Source: an uncultured delta proteobacterium
GTDB lineage: Bacteria > Desulfobacterota > Binatia > Binatales > Binataceae
NCBI GenBank assembly: GCA_963699705.1
Contig: CAVOUW010000002.1
Coordinates: 909,970-973,969 of the forward strand
DNA: 64,000 nucleotides
Reading direction: 5' to 3'
How positions within the stretch are numbered: the stretch's first letter is position 1; each line of letters starts with the position of its first letter. This document shows positions 46,897 to 57,662 of the stretch, in pieces. The position numbers were made by a program, and so were the translations under genes. The notes beneath the pieces were generated by a model. That model had not been told where the DNA came from and did not search any database. It worked only from the letters and a program-made list of their open reading frames with translations.

Positions 46897-48021
46897 TTAG
46901 AGCGTGCGTTTGAAGGAGACGCTGGCCAGGATCAGCATCAGGACCATGAAGATCAGGAGGAAGGCTATGTCGCCGCTTACTGCGGTGAAGTCGGCGCCTT
47001 TGAAGAGGATTTGTTTGATTGCGCTTACTGAATGAGTTTCCGGGTTGAAGCGGGCGAACGCTCGAAGCCACGGCGGGAAGCTCTCCACCGGATAAATTGC
47101 GCCGCTGGGGAAGAACAGGATCACGTTCAGGAATCCTGAGAACGTTCCGACCAGGCGCGGATGGCCCGCGCGGCCGAGCATCGAGAACGTCATCGCGAGC
47201 AGGCCGGCCGAGCTGATGATGATTATTCCGATCAGCATCAACAGCGCCGTCGGGCCGCCGAGGATTTTCCCGCGCGTGATCATCAGCCCTAAAAACAAGA
47301 CCAGGATGCCGCCGGTGCTGGTCACGGTCACGCCGCTGGCGAGGATGCCGCCGGCAATGTCCCATCGCGACAGTGGCGTCACCAGGTAGCATTCGGTGAC
47401 ACCCATGAATTTGTCCATCACCCAGTTGAACACGCCCGACATCAGCGAGCCCATGAAGATGGCCATCACGATGACGCCGGGGATTAGCGATCGATCGTAG
47501 TCCACGTACGGGAACAGCCAGCCGGGGCGCAGCGAAATGTCGTTGAGCTTGGGCTCGCGCGCGGTGACGAACGCGACTCGCACGGTGGCGGCGGCCTGGT
47601 CGAGCACGCCTTCGAGCGTTTGCGAGCTGATGCTATCGACGTTGTCGGTGAACAATCCGATTTGCGCGATGCGGCCTTCGGCGACGTCGTGGCTGAAGTC
47701 GGGCGGGATTACGACGACGCCCTTGTAGAGTCCGTCGCGCACTTCGTTGACGGCGCCGCCCGGGTCGCTCTCGAAAGTTACATCCACGGTTTTCGGTCCC
47801 GCTTGCAGCGCGAGCAACTGTTCGACGATTCGGCGCGCGTAGAGTCCATGATCCTGCTCGACGACGACGATCGGCAGATGCTTCAGCTGGCCCTGGAAGG
47901 AGTTGCCGATAATCACGAGATAAACGATCGGCATCAGGATGACGGAGACGAGCGTAATCGGATTGCGCGACAGCTTCTTGAGGTCGCGGCGCATGATTGC
48001 GAGGAATTTCAGCCCGAACAT
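46897..48021 (-). CDS. ABC-2 type transporter permease
   Basis: Start MFGLKFLAIMRRDL; six TM helices in the C-terminal half; the long upstream in-frame extension is an artifact. Confidence 0.75.
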   Translation of the reverse strand: MFGLKFLAIMRRDLKKLSRNPITLVSVILMPIVYLVIIGNSFQGQLKHLPIVVVEQDHGLYARRIVEQLLALQAGPKTVDVTFESDPGGAVNEVRDGLYKGVVVIPPDFSHDVAEGRIAQIGLFTDNVDSISSQTLEGVLDQAAATVRVAFVTAREPKLNDISLRPGWLFPYVDYDRSLIPGVIVMAIFMGSLMSGVFNWVMDKFMGVTECYLVTPLSRWDIAGGILASGVTVTSTGGILVLFLGLMITRGKILGGPTALLMLIGIIIISSAGLLAMTFSMLGRAGHPRLVGTFSGFLNVILFFPSGAIYPVESFPPWLRAFARFNPETHSVSAIKQILFKGADFTAVSGDIAFLLIFMVLMLILASVSFKRTL

Positions 48022-48032
48022 CGCGAAACTCC

Positions 48033-49040
<1,008 letters not shown>

Positions 49041-49880
49041 CGTTGCGCGGAAAAGTGACTTCCGCGGTCATCCCGGGTTTGAGTTCGCCTTCGGCCTGCA
49101 GCACCTGGACCTTGACGTAGAAGGTGCGAATATCCTGGCGCCCGCGACGCACGTCGCGCTCGGTCGCGAACTGGCCTTCCTGCCCAATTGCCATCACGCG
49201 ACCGGTGAAAATTTGCGGCGGCGTAGTCGGCAATTCGACCTGCGCCGACTTGCCGATGTAGAGCGCGCCGAGGTCGGTCTCCTCGACGTCAACCCGCGCC
49301 CAAATCGTCGAGAGGTCATCGACGGTCAGAATCGGCACGCCCGGCGTCACCCATTCGCCGACTTCGAGCGCCTTGCTGACGATGACGCCATCGACCGGGG
49401 ATTTAATCTCAGTGTCAACGATTTGGTCGGCGTAGAGTTTCACGTTGGCCTCGGCGCTCAGCACGTTCGCCTCGTCCTGCTGGACGCTGGTGATAGCGTC
49501 GTCGCGGACCTTGCTCGCAATCACGTTCGCCTTCGAGAGCGTTTCGTCGCGCGCGAGGTCGCGCCGCGCCTGGGCGAGGTCCGCTCGCGCATGCGCGAGA
49601 TCCGCGTTCGACTTGGCAAGCTGATTTCTCAGATCGATATCCTCGATCAGCGCGACCACCTGTCCCTTCTTGACGTGATCGCCCTCGAGCAAATCGAGCT
49701 GCTTGATGCGTCCGGCGATTCGACTGGTGATATTTACCTCGGGCGCTTCGATCATGCCGACGACCTTAATCGTCGAACGATCCTCGGGCGGCCACAGGTA
49801 GGCGCGTCCGAAAAAATAGAATCCGGCAACTACACCCGCCAGGATCGCAAGGCGAATGACCCGGCGAACGAGGGTTCGAA

Positions 49881-50543
49881 TCATTGCGGATGCACCGGCC
49901 TGAAGGTCTGTGCCGGATCTGCGCCGAGCGATCGGAGGATCAGATTGCCTAATTCGCGGCTGATTTCCGCAACCGGCCGGCTGGGTCCGTAGTAGAGGAG
50001 GCAGTTGCGAATCGCGCCCTGGATCGTAAGCGTTGCGAGACGCGGATCGACGCGCGCGAAGACGCCGACGCGGATTCCTTCTTCGATTAGCGATGCGAAA
50101 AAATTGAAGCCGCGCTCGCGCGAGCCCTCGATAATGCGATTGCGCGCCTCGGCCATCCGCGGCTCTTCGGTCGCATAGAACTGGAGAAAATCGCGCCGCT
50201 GATCGAAGAACTCGACCGCGACCGCGATCGAACGGCGCATCCGCTCGACCACCGGCAGTTTCGGATCGGCGCTGCCCTGGTAGGTGCGGTACGCGGTGTC
50301 GAGGCCGTCGTTCAGAACGCCGAGGTAGAGCGCGTCCTTCGACGGAAAGTAGAGATATAGCGTCCCTTTGGCGACCCCGGCAGCGACCGCGACACGGTCC
50401 ATCGTGACCGCCTGGTAAGGCTCGTGTGCGAACAGCTTGAGCGCGGCATCGAGGATGCGCTGGCGCTTGGCAGCCTGCTCGTCGTGGGCGTGAAAGGGGC
50501 GACCATTGGAAATTTCAGCCGAATTTGTGGATATTTTGTTCAT
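49881..50543 (-). CDS. TetR-family transcriptional regulator of the efflux operon
   Basis: HTH (AVTMDRVAVAAGVAKGTLYLYFPSKDAL); ATGA overlap with hlyD. Confidence 0.8.
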   Translation of the reverse strand: MNKISTNSAEISNGRPFHAHDEQAAKRQRILDAALKLFAHEPYQAVTMDRVAVAAGVAKGTLYLYFPSKDALYLGVLNDGLDTAYRTYQGSADPKLPVVERMRRSIAVAVEFFDQRRDFLQFYATEEPRMAEARNRIIEGSRERGFNFFASLIEEGIRVGVFARVDPRLATLTIQGAIRNCLLYYGPSRPVAEISRELGNLILRSLGADPAQTFRPVHPQ

Positions 50544-50545
50544 AA

Positions 50546-50559
50546 ACTGACCAGTCAGT
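50546..50559. promoter_or_regulatory. Palindrome actgac-ca-gtcagt immediately upstream of the tetR start, a candidate operator
   Basis: 6-bp inverted arms adjacent to the start codon of an autoregulatory-type TetR. Confidence 0.25.
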
Positions 50560-50651
50560 CAGAATATGATGAATGTCGTGGCTATGCGAGTCAAACGGTT
50601 CCCCCCGAGATGGGGCCTTCTCAGACTACCGATAAGACTCGGATTCGAACG

Positions 50652-52628
50652 TTAATGCACGAAATTGCCGCCGACGAGGTAGACCGCTCCGTGGAAGGTG
50701 ATGAACGCGAGCCCATTGTTGCCCCATCGGACTACGTGAGTCGGGTTAGCCAAAACATTCGGGATCATGATGTTGCCGAGCGATGTAAACTTCTTCTGGT
50801 CGAAAGCCTGAATCTCTCCCATATTGCCGGATGACTCGCTGACGAAGAACGCTTTTCCCAGAGTCGAGTCGGGCACCATGACGCCTTCATTGTCGGGTGA
50901 ATAACTCCCGACAGGATTTCCCGCTGTATCGACGACATCGCCGAAGTCATCGTAAATCTGTTTGGCCCCGGGGTCGAAATGAATTCTCTTGAAATAGCCG
51001 CCAATATCGCCTGAAAGGTCAGTGTCTAGCACCACTCCGGTCGGACTCACCGACAGGATGTAGAAGTCAAAGCCGCTATCTTCATAGTTAGACGCGTACA
51101 ACGCGGTATCATCAGATCCCCACTGGAGGGAATCGAACAGGCCGCCACCAACTCCGCCGAATCCTGGAAGCTTCGTGGCGCGCGCGGTGGAATCATCGAA
51201 GATCACGACTCCTCCCTGGGCTTGCGGGCTTACACCCATAATCCCGAGGCTAACCGCCGTGGTGTGAGGCGCGCCCGGCGCGACCTGGAGGTCCAACGCG
51301 AAGTACGGACCGAAGAAACTGTCGCGGCCCAGTGAATAGGCGATGTCAGTCGAGAGGCTCGGCAGCGTGAAGCGTTGTACCTGCGCCGATCCGTCGAGGC
51401 CGGCGTAAAGGAACGAGCTGTCGTCGGAGATCGCGAGCGCGTCGGGATTGCTGCCGGCGAACGGCGATGAAGTTATCTGTGCGCTTGCCAGGCTGACTAC
51501 CGAGATGGTGTTGCCGTTGGTCGGGGCTGCGCCCGGGACAGAAAGATAGAGCACGTTGTTGACCGGATCGTTTACGATGTCGTTGGCTTCCTGATCGATC
51601 TCCACTTCCGCGAATCCAGCGCCGCCCGTGCTTCCGACGAAGAATGTCTGCGGCGCTGACGTTGTCGAGCTCGCTGTAACCGTAACGTCACTTACGCCAA
51701 TGCTGGCCACATCGCCTGCGGGAATCGACGCGTTCAATTGATTCGAGGAAATGAAACTCGTCGTCTGCCCAGCTCCGTTCCAGTTAACCGTGGTTGAAGC
51801 CGTAAGATTGCATCCGCAGACAGCGAGGGGGACGCTCGGGTCCCCGGCCACAGCAGAACTGGGAATCAACGATAAAATTGATGGCGGACCTGATCCCGGA
51901 CAAGTCTCCATGCTCGGGGTCGCGCATGATGCGGGCGTCGCGGTGGCGGTCGGAGTGGCGGATGCGGTCGGAGTGGCGGTCGCGGTCGCAGTCGCCGGAC
52001 CGGTCGACGTCGCAGTTGCGGTGGCAGTACTAGCCGGCGTGGCCGTCGAGGTTGCAGTTGCAGTCGCGGTAACTGTGGGAGTTGCAGTAGCCGTTGCGGT
52101 TGCTGTGGCGGTCGCGGTTGCTGTTGCGGTCGCAGTTGCAGTGGGGGTCGGCACAGGCGATCCCTTGCCTTCGCCGTCCATGGCGACGCTCAGGGCTTTG
52201 CTGTTTGCGCTATCGACGATAGTCAGCTTCGCCGACTTTTTGCCATCGGACAATGGAGTGAAGACGATCGATACGACGCAACTGCTATCCGCGGCCAGGC
52301 TGCCGATACAGTTGAGTGACGGGACGAATTCCGGATTTGACGATGTGATCGAGCTGATATTGATCGCGGACGGACTAGGGTTATGAATGGTCGCATTCTT
52401 CGGTGGGCCAGCCTTCAGAGGCGGCAGGTTGCCAAAGTTAAGCTTCTTTGGCGAAACCTTTGGTTTCTTGATCTTTACTGACGGGGTATCGCCGACGGTT
52501 TGCGCAGATGCAGCGCTCAAGGGCACAAATGCGGAGAGCATAAGCAATAGCAGCGCAGACGCGGTGGCGATTGCGCGCGCGAGCGACTTGAAATCCACTG
52601 TAAACAAGCAGTCCCCCTTTAGAGCCAA
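50652..52628 (-). CDS. Secreted multidomain protein: ASH/choice-of-anchor-D-like domain, (Thr-Ala)n/PT-rich linker, IPT/TIG-like domain, C-terminal beta-propeller-like region
   Basis: Signal peptide; about 70-aa TATATATAT…/PTPT linker encoded by degenerate tandem hexamers. Confidence 0.6.
   Translation of the reverse strand: MALKGDCLFTVDFKSLARAIATASALLLLMLSAFVPLSAASAQTVGDTPSVKIKKPKVSPKKLNFGNLPPLKAGPPKNATIHNPSPSAINISSITSSNPEFVPSLNCIGSLAADSSCVVSIVFTPLSDGKKSAKLTIVDSANSKALSVAMDGEGKGSPVPTPTATATATATATATATATATATPTVTATATATSTATPASTATATATSTGPATATATATPTASATPTATATPASCATPSMETCPGSGPPSILSLIPSSAVAGDPSVPLAVCGCNLTASTTVNWNGAGQTTSFISSNQLNASIPAGDVASIGVSDVTVTASSTTSAPQTFFVGSTGGAGFAEVEIDQEANDIVNDPVNNVLYLSVPGAAPTNGNTISVVSLASAQITSSPFAGSNPDALAISDDSSFLYAGLDGSAQVQRFTLPSLSTDIAYSLGRDSFFGPYFALDLQVAPGAPHTTAVSLGIMGVSPQAQGGVVIFDDSTARATKLPGFGGVGGGLFDSLQWGSDDTALYASNYEDSGFDFYILSVSPTGVVLDTDLSGDIGGYFKRIHFDPGAKQIYDDFGDVVDTAGNPVGSYSPDNEGVMVPDSTLGKAFFVSESSGNMGEIQAFDQKKFTSLGNIMIPNVLANPTHVVRWGNNGLAFITFHGAVYLVGGNFVH
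51935..52150. repeat. Degenerate tandem hexamer repeat (gcNgtN)n encoding the Thr-Ala/Pro-Thr linker
   Basis: Runs of gcggtcgcggtcgcagttgcggtggca… visible by eye on the + strand. Confidence 0.6.
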
Positions 52629-52793
52629 CCTGATTACATGAGATCCGATGCTAGTGCAAGTTGCGCAGCATTCTGCTCGCTAGGTAGAGCGTGCCTTTGG
52701 CGAACAGGGCCGAGGTGATAATTTCATTCAGTTCGGCGCGGAGGCGATTGGCTTCTAAAGCGGGACCGACACTGTCGGCGGGGGAAAAGTTGA

Positions 52794-53948
52794 ATGTCCT
52801 ATCGGGATGGTGGGGCGCGGCACCAGTTCGCGTCTCAAAGAATCGCGGTGCTCTCAACGCTCGCGCTGGTTCTTCTCGTTGCGAGTCCGGCGCGCCCACA
52901 GAGTGCTGACAATCCGGACGATGACGCGGCGGCGTCGCGCGCTGCGCATAAGGTCAGGTACTCGTTCGTGTTCATGGGATGTAACCGGATTCTCAAGGGC
53001 GATAAGTCGCCGGAGAATCCGAGCACCGCGAACCTCGCGCAATTGGAGCGTAGCTTCACCGAAATCGCAGCGCTCAAGCCGCGTCCTAAATTTGTCGTCT
53101 TTACCGGGGACCTGGTGCTCGGACTCACCCCCGACCTGAACGAACTGCATCATCAGCTGGCCAGCTGGATCGACGTGTATCTCAACTCCGACCTTGGCCG
53201 GGACCGGAAGATCCGGCTGATCGCGCTCCCCGGCAATCACGAGTCGCTGTTCGGCGAAAAAGGTTCGCAGGTGTCCAATCCGGGTGCCGAAGCGGTGTGG
53301 CTCAGTCTGATGCAGCCGTTCATCGCGGGCAACAACGGTCCTCCCGCGGGCGGACCTGACCATCTGCAGACCGACCAGAGCCAGCTCACATATTCGTTCG
53401 ACTTTCGCGACTCACATTTCGTGATCCTGAACACCGATCCGTTCGGCGCAGTTGCGACGGTTCCGGTCAACTGGCTTCATGATGACCTGGTGACGGCGGC
53501 CGGCGATCCTCACCTGAAGCATACGTTTGTGGTGGGGCATAAGCAGGCTTTTTCTCCTGCCGACGCGAGCTCGGAACAGGCGTTGGATTCCAATCCTGAC
53601 CTCCGCAACCAGTTCTGGGACGAGTTGAATACCGCGGGCGTCGGATACTACCTGGTCGCGCATGCCCACCTGTGGGATTTCAGCACGCCGGTCTCCCCGG
53701 TCTCGATGCTGCAGCATACCGTGCAGATCATCGCGGGCAACGGCGGCTCGAAGGAAGACCCGAAATGGGAAGCAGCCGGCAAGCCTTTCTACTACGGCTT
53801 CACCCTGGTGCAAGTCCTAAAGAACGGCGAAGTAGTAATGAAGAGCTACGGCCGCGATTTCGATCGGACAAATTATCTAGCGCCGTCACCACCCACTCAG
53901 TTTCCAACGACGATACGCCGCATACTGGATTTTCCACCAGGACAGTAG
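52794..53948 (+). CDS. Secreted calcineurin-like metallophosphoesterase
   Basis: Signal peptide; GDLV…GNHE…HAH metal-binding motifs. Confidence 0.65.
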   Translation: MSYRDGGARHQFASQRIAVLSTLALVLLVASPARPQSADNPDDDAAASRAAHKVRYSFVFMGCNRILKGDKSPENPSTANLAQLERSFTEIAALKPRPKFVVFTGDLVLGLTPDLNELHHQLASWIDVYLNSDLGRDRKIRLIALPGNHESLFGEKGSQVSNPGAEAVWLSLMQPFIAGNNGPPAGGPDHLQTDQSQLTYSFDFRDSHFVILNTDPFGAVATVPVNWLHDDLVTAAGDPHLKHTFVVGHKQAFSPADASSEQALDSNPDLRNQFWDELNTAGVGYYLVAHAHLWDFSTPVSPVSMLQHTVQIIAGNGGSKEDPKWEAAGKPFYYGFTLVQVLKNGEVVMKSYGRDFDRTNYLAPSPPTQFPTTIRRILDFPPGQ

Positions 53949-54018
53949 TGGCGCACGCCGGTTCGGAACTATATAACGGGCATCGATCTGCTAATTTAGC
54001 GGATGCTGCAAAGCACTC

Positions 54019-54095
54019 GCGCCCGTAGCTCAACTGGATAGAGCATCAGACTTCGGATCTGAGGGTTGGGGGTTCAAATCCCTCCGGGCGCACCA
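54019..54095 (+). tRNA. tRNA-Arg (anticodon UCG), including the encoded CCA
   Basis: Cloverleaf: acceptor GCGCCCG/CGGGCGC; D-loop AGCTCAACTGGATAGAGC; anticodon stem-loop CAGA-CTTCGGA-TCTG (U33, UCG, G37); T-arm GGGGGTTCAAATCCCTC. Confidence 0.85.
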
Positions 54096-54110
54096 GTCAT
54101 CCTCAATTTA

Positions 54111-54143
54111 TTGACAGTCAGCTTTGTAACTATATAAAGTTAC
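54111..54143 (+). promoter_or_regulatory. Near-consensus sigma70 promoter (TTGACA-N16-TATAAA) overlapped by the inverted repeat gtaact-N6-agttac; candidate hicAB promoter and operator; the transcript is likely leaderless
   Basis: -35 at 54111-54116, -10 at 54133-54138; the inverted repeat at 54126-54143 spans the -10; the hicA TTG start is at 54148. Confidence 0.5.
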
Positions 54144-54147
54144 ACAC

Positions 54148-54387
54148 TTGGACCGTCTGCAGAAACTGTTGGAGGCGGCTCGGAACAACCCTAACGGTCT
54201 TTCCTTCAAGGATTTCGAAGCTCTGCTGAATCAGGCGCGCTGGAAATTCGATCGGCAAAAGGGCAGCCATCGAATCTGGTACTCGCCGAAGAACTCCTTG
54301 ATTTCTATCCAGCCGCGAGACGGAAAAGCGAAAGGTTACCAGGTCAAGCAATTTCTCGAGGCGTACGAGAGAGAATCCAATGGCTAG
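54148..54387 (+). CDS. hicA: HicA-family type II toxin (mRNA interferase)
   Basis: 79 aa; HicA/YcfA-like motif (…GSHRIWYSPKN…I…P…K…K…QV). Confidence 0.7.
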   Translation: MDRLQKLLEAARNNPNGLSFKDFEALLNQARWKFDRQKGSHRIWYSPKNSLISIQPRDGKAKGYQVKQFLEAYERESNG

Positions 54388-54727
54388 GCAGAAAGAGAAC
54401 GCGCGTTTCGATGGCTATGCGGTTGAGTTGTTTCTCGATGAGGACAACGACTGGCTCGCTCATCTGGTCGAACTCCCCGGGATCTCCGCGTTTGGTTCCT
54501 CCCCGGAGAAGGCGCTCAAAGAGCTCGACCTAGCCTGGGGCGCAGCCAAGGAATCGTACGCGGCCCGCGGTATCGAGATTCCCGCGGCGCCCGCGCGGCG
54601 ACAGTACCAAGGCGTTTTTCAGGTACGCATCGACAAACGGGTCCATCGCGCACTTGCCATCGAGGCGGAGCGCGCCGGCGTCAGCTTGAACGCGTTGGTA
54701 GCGGAGAAGCTGGCGAAGAGCGTATAG
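54380..54727 (+). CDS. hicB: HicB-family antitoxin with a C-terminal RHH-like DNA-binding tail
   Basis: 115 aa; 8-nt overlap with hicA; HicB N-terminal RNase-H-like fold motif (YAVELFLDEDNDWLAHLVELPGISAFGSSPEKALKEL). Confidence 0.7.
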   Translation: MARQKENARFDGYAVELFLDEDNDWLAHLVELPGISAFGSSPEKALKELDLAWGAAKESYAARGIEIPAAPARRQYQGVFQVRIDKRVHRALAIEAERAGVSLNALVAEKLAKSV

Positions 54728-54741
54728 CCCTGTCGCGTTGT

Positions 54742-55578
54742 TCACAGTGGGATGGCGGTTCGGAACATTATGAAGCGGCCTAGCATTTCGCCCACCAGGA
54801 CTGACATTACCGCTATGTAGAGCAGGCCGGTGGCGGCCATCGTTTGCGGGATTTTTAGCGTCTGCCAGCACATCCAGACCAGGATGATCGTCGCGATTGG
54901 GCCGAGTAGCAGGCGGACTGCGAGTAATCCCTCGTGCGTGGCGAATAGGTCGTGCACGGCGGCGGCGGCGCTGGCGCTGCCGAGGATTGCGGGTAATCCG
55001 ATCGCGAGGCCGAGCGCGATCAGGTCAGCGATCAGCACGATTCCCAACAGCCGGACGAAGGTGCGCAAGTAGTCCACCGGCATATCGAGATCGATCAGGT
55101 ACCAGTGGCCAAAGAGCATCGCGCCGCTGACCAGGCCCAGCACCATCGACGAGGTGATTGCGGTCAGGATGTAGGCAAGCGCAGCGACCGCGCCAAAGCC
55201 TGGGGGCATCAGGAGTATCACGTTGGCAATCAGGGCGATTAGGCCGAGGCCGAGCCCTGCCGCGAAGGCTCGCGAGCGCAGCAGGCCGTCCTCGGTCCAG
55301 AGTGTGTAGAGATAGACGCAGACCGCGGCGCTCGACAGCGTCCAGAGCGCCGACGCGGTCCACAAAAATCCGGCGCCCGGTCCTGCAGATGCGCCGCCGC
55401 GTAACGCCAGCAGCCCCAATCCGATCGCCGTGGTCAACGATGCGGCCAGATAGACCGAGGCGCTCGATTTGTAAAAGCCGCGCTCGACGTTAAAAAAGGG
55501 CGGTATCGCCAGGGCGAAGAGTCCGCCCCAGGCGAGTTCTCCGAAGACGAGGATGAAGCAGGCGGCGAATCTGGTCAC
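54742..55578 (-). CDS. Hypothetical polytopic membrane protein
   Basis: 278 aa; about 8 TM helices. Confidence 0.45.
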   Translation of the reverse strand: MTRFAACFILVFGELAWGGLFALAIPPFFNVERGFYKSSASVYLAASLTTAIGLGLLALRGGASAGPGAGFLWTASALWTLSSAAVCVYLYTLWTEDGLLRSRAFAAGLGLGLIALIANVILLMPPGFGAVAALAYILTAITSSMVLGLVSGAMLFGHWYLIDLDMPVDYLRTFVRLLGIVLIADLIALGLAIGLPAILGSASAAAAVHDLFATHEGLLAVRLLLGPIATIILVWMCWQTLKIPQTMAATGLLYIAVMSVLVGEMLGRFIMFRTAIPL

Positions 55579-55745
55579 GCGGGAATATTACCGGTCGCGA
55601 GGGACCGCCGACACCGTAGCGCTTGCCCCGTCGTGCCATTCGGTGAAATAAAATGTCAGCCGGTGCGGTGATGGGGTATGATTAGACATCCGCAGTGGCG
55701 GTACTATAATCGAAGCAGGACAGATTGGACTTACGGGGATAGAAC

Positions 55746-56189
55746 ATGCGGTCATCGAAAATTTTGACAGTGCTGGCAATTGGGTTGGCGTTCGGGCTTT
55801 CTGCGTGCGGCGCGATGGAAGCTGCGCGTCAGGAGCAAGTGCAAAAGCAGCAGGTGTTCGAGCATCGGGTTGACATGGCGCATATCTGGGTGACGACCGA
55901 AGCGCCGGCGGCGGGCAAGCCGTTCACGGAGCTTGGCGACCTGACATACACCGAGCCGTTCACGCCTGACGCTATCGACGAAGCGAAGATCAGCGACAAG
56001 CTGAAGGCGATGGCGTTTGCAAAATGGCCCGATACGATCGACGCGATCGTCGATGAGAATCAGACCACCTCGGCCGACGGCTCGCAGATCACGGTCACGG
56101 CGAAGGCGATCAAATACGATACGTCGGTTGACCGCGAAGCTTTGCATCACATGAACGAGGGCATGGTCGCGTCGCCTAACGGCAACTAG
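55746..56189 (+). CDS. Hypothetical lipoprotein
   Basis: Signal plus lipobox LSAC. Confidence 0.45.
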   Translation: MRSSKILTVLAIGLAFGLSACGAMEAARQEQVQKQQVFEHRVDMAHIWVTTEAPAAGKPFTELGDLTYTEPFTPDAIDEAKISDKLKAMAFAKWPDTIDAIVDENQTTSADGSQITVTAKAIKYDTSVDREALHHMNEGMVASPNGN

Positions 56190-56264
56190 CGGCGAGCGAT
56201 AAAGCTTGATTGAGAGCGGGCGCGTCGCGGGAGAGTTCCGCGATGTGCCCGTTTTTGTTTCCCT

Positions 56265-56630
56265 GTGAGGATTCTTACGATGTTGATGCGGATGGTCCCG
56301 AATATCTTTTACAGCAGCTTGAACGACGGGCTCGATCTTTTCGTTACGTGTCTCGGCTTCAAGGTTCTGCATCAGGACGCCACGCTTGCGGTGATCGAAC
56401 GCGACGGCGCCAAAGCACAAATTATTGAGAGTGCGGAATTTGCAGCCAAGGATCGCCCGCAAATCACTATCGAAACCGATACGATCGACGATCTGTATCG
56501 CGAGATTCAATCACGCGCGCCGCAGATGCTTCATCCCAACTCGAAAACCGTCGAGAAGAAGCCGTGGGGCGCCCGAGAGTTCGGCGTCCGCGACAAAACG
56601 GATGTCTGCGTCGTGTTTCGGCAGTGGTAA
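56265..56630 (+). CDS. VOC-family (glyoxalase/bleomycin-resistance-like) protein
   Basis: Single betaalphabetabetabeta module; the true start is probably the internal MVPNIFY (56292). Confidence 0.55.
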   Translation: MRILTMLMRMVPNIFYSSLNDGLDLFVTCLGFKVLHQDATLAVIERDGAKAQIIESAEFAAKDRPQITIETDTIDDLYREIQSRAPQMLHPNSKTVEKKPWGAREFGVRDKTDVCVVFRQW

Positions 56631-56636
56631 GAGAAA

Positions 56637-56906
56637 TCAGGCGGTTGCGGACTCGGCCAGCAGACCGTCGAGCTTTCCTGAATCGTGGAGCGCCTTCAAT
56701 TCGTCGAAGCCGCCGACAATCTTGCCGTTGATAAAAATTTCGGGAACCGTGCGACGTCCGCCCGACAATTCGATCATCTTCGCGCGCAACGCGTCGTCCT
56801 CAGTCACGTCGATTTCATCGAACGCAATGTTCTTGCTCTTGAGCAGGCTCTTTGCCCGCGTGCAGAAGGGGCAATAGGTGGTTGTGTAGACTTCGACTTT
56901 TGCCAC
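56637..56906 (-). CDS. grxC: Glutaredoxin 3
   Basis: CPFC active site; GTG start MAKVEVYTT preceded by RBS gaggt (the ORF track's upstream ATG at 56927 would add 7 aa). Confidence 0.8.
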   Translation of the reverse strand: MAKVEVYTTTYCPFCTRAKSLLKSKNIAFDEIDVTEDDALRAKMIELSGGRRTVPEIFINGKIVGGFDELKALHDSGKLDGLLAESATA

Positions 56907-56966
56907 GTTGTACCTCGCTATGGCCATTGTTATCCGCGCGAGAACGCCTGTCCAGCGTGCAATTCG

Positions 56967-57662
56967 CTAGCGCGTGTCGGAGTACATGCGTTTGAGGCGT
57001 GCGGGCGGCACGCCGGCCAGGTACATCGCGCGAATAAGCCACATCCTGACGACGGTGCGCACGACGCCGTCGCGGCTCCATCGCCGCGCCGAGGTCGTCA
57101 CGCGTGCGCGCAAACATGCAACGCGTCCCGCGCGCTTGAGGCGTCGCGAGAACTCGAGATCTTCGCATAGCTCGAAGTCAGGGAATCCACCGAGGCGATC
57201 GAAGACGTCACGCCGCACGAAGATCGCTTGATCGCCGGTGGCGGTGCGGCTGATACGCGAGCGCAGGCTGATCATCGCGCCGATAATTTGATAGGGCAGG
57301 GTGCGCGCGTCGAGCTGAACGTCGAAGCGTCCGCCGACCACTGCGGTGTCCGACAATGCCGACGCGATGTCAGCGGCAAAGGTCGATGGTACGATTGTGT
57401 CTGCGTGCACGAAGACCAGGGCGTCGCCGTGCGATGCGCGCGCGCCCGCGTTCATCTGGCACGCGCGGCCGCGCGGAGCTGAAATCACCGAGTCGCATAA
57501 CGGTCGCGCGATTGCGACGCTCGCATCGGCGCTGCCGCCGTCAACGACAATGACTTCTGCGTCAGGCGCGCCGCGACGGAGCGCATGCAGCGTGCTCGCG
57601 ATCGTCGCCGCCTCGTTGAGCATCGGCACGATTACCGAAAGCGTTTTCAATTTCGGGTTCAA
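56967..57662 (-). CDS. Family-2 glycosyltransferase (TIGR04283-like)
   Basis: LSVIVPMLNEA…DGGSAD…ED.E GT-A motifs. Confidence 0.7.
   Translation of the reverse strand: MNPKLKTLSVIVPMLNEAATIASTLHALRRGAPDAEVIVVDGGSADASVAIARPLCDSVISAPRGRACQMNAGARASHGDALVFVHADTIVPSTFAADIASALSDTAVVGGRFDVQLDARTLPYQIIGAMISLRSRISRTATGDQAIFVRRDVFDRLGGFPDFELCEDLEFSRRLKRAGRVACLRARVTTSARRWSRDGVVRTVVRMWLIRAMYLAGVPPARLKRMYSDTR

Noticed and set aside
51935-52150. A possible CRISPR array, given repeated short units in the (gcNgtN)n region and the recurring palindromes elsewhere
   Set aside because: There is no regular repeat-spacer periodicity. The region is in-frame coding sequence for a TA/PT linker, the REP copies are dispersed singletons, and no cas genes are present.
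54019-55600. A prophage or integrative element at tRNA-Arg
   Set aside because: No integrase, no phage genes and no direct repeat of the tRNA 3' end were found. Only the about 0.6-kb hicAB islet has atypical GC.
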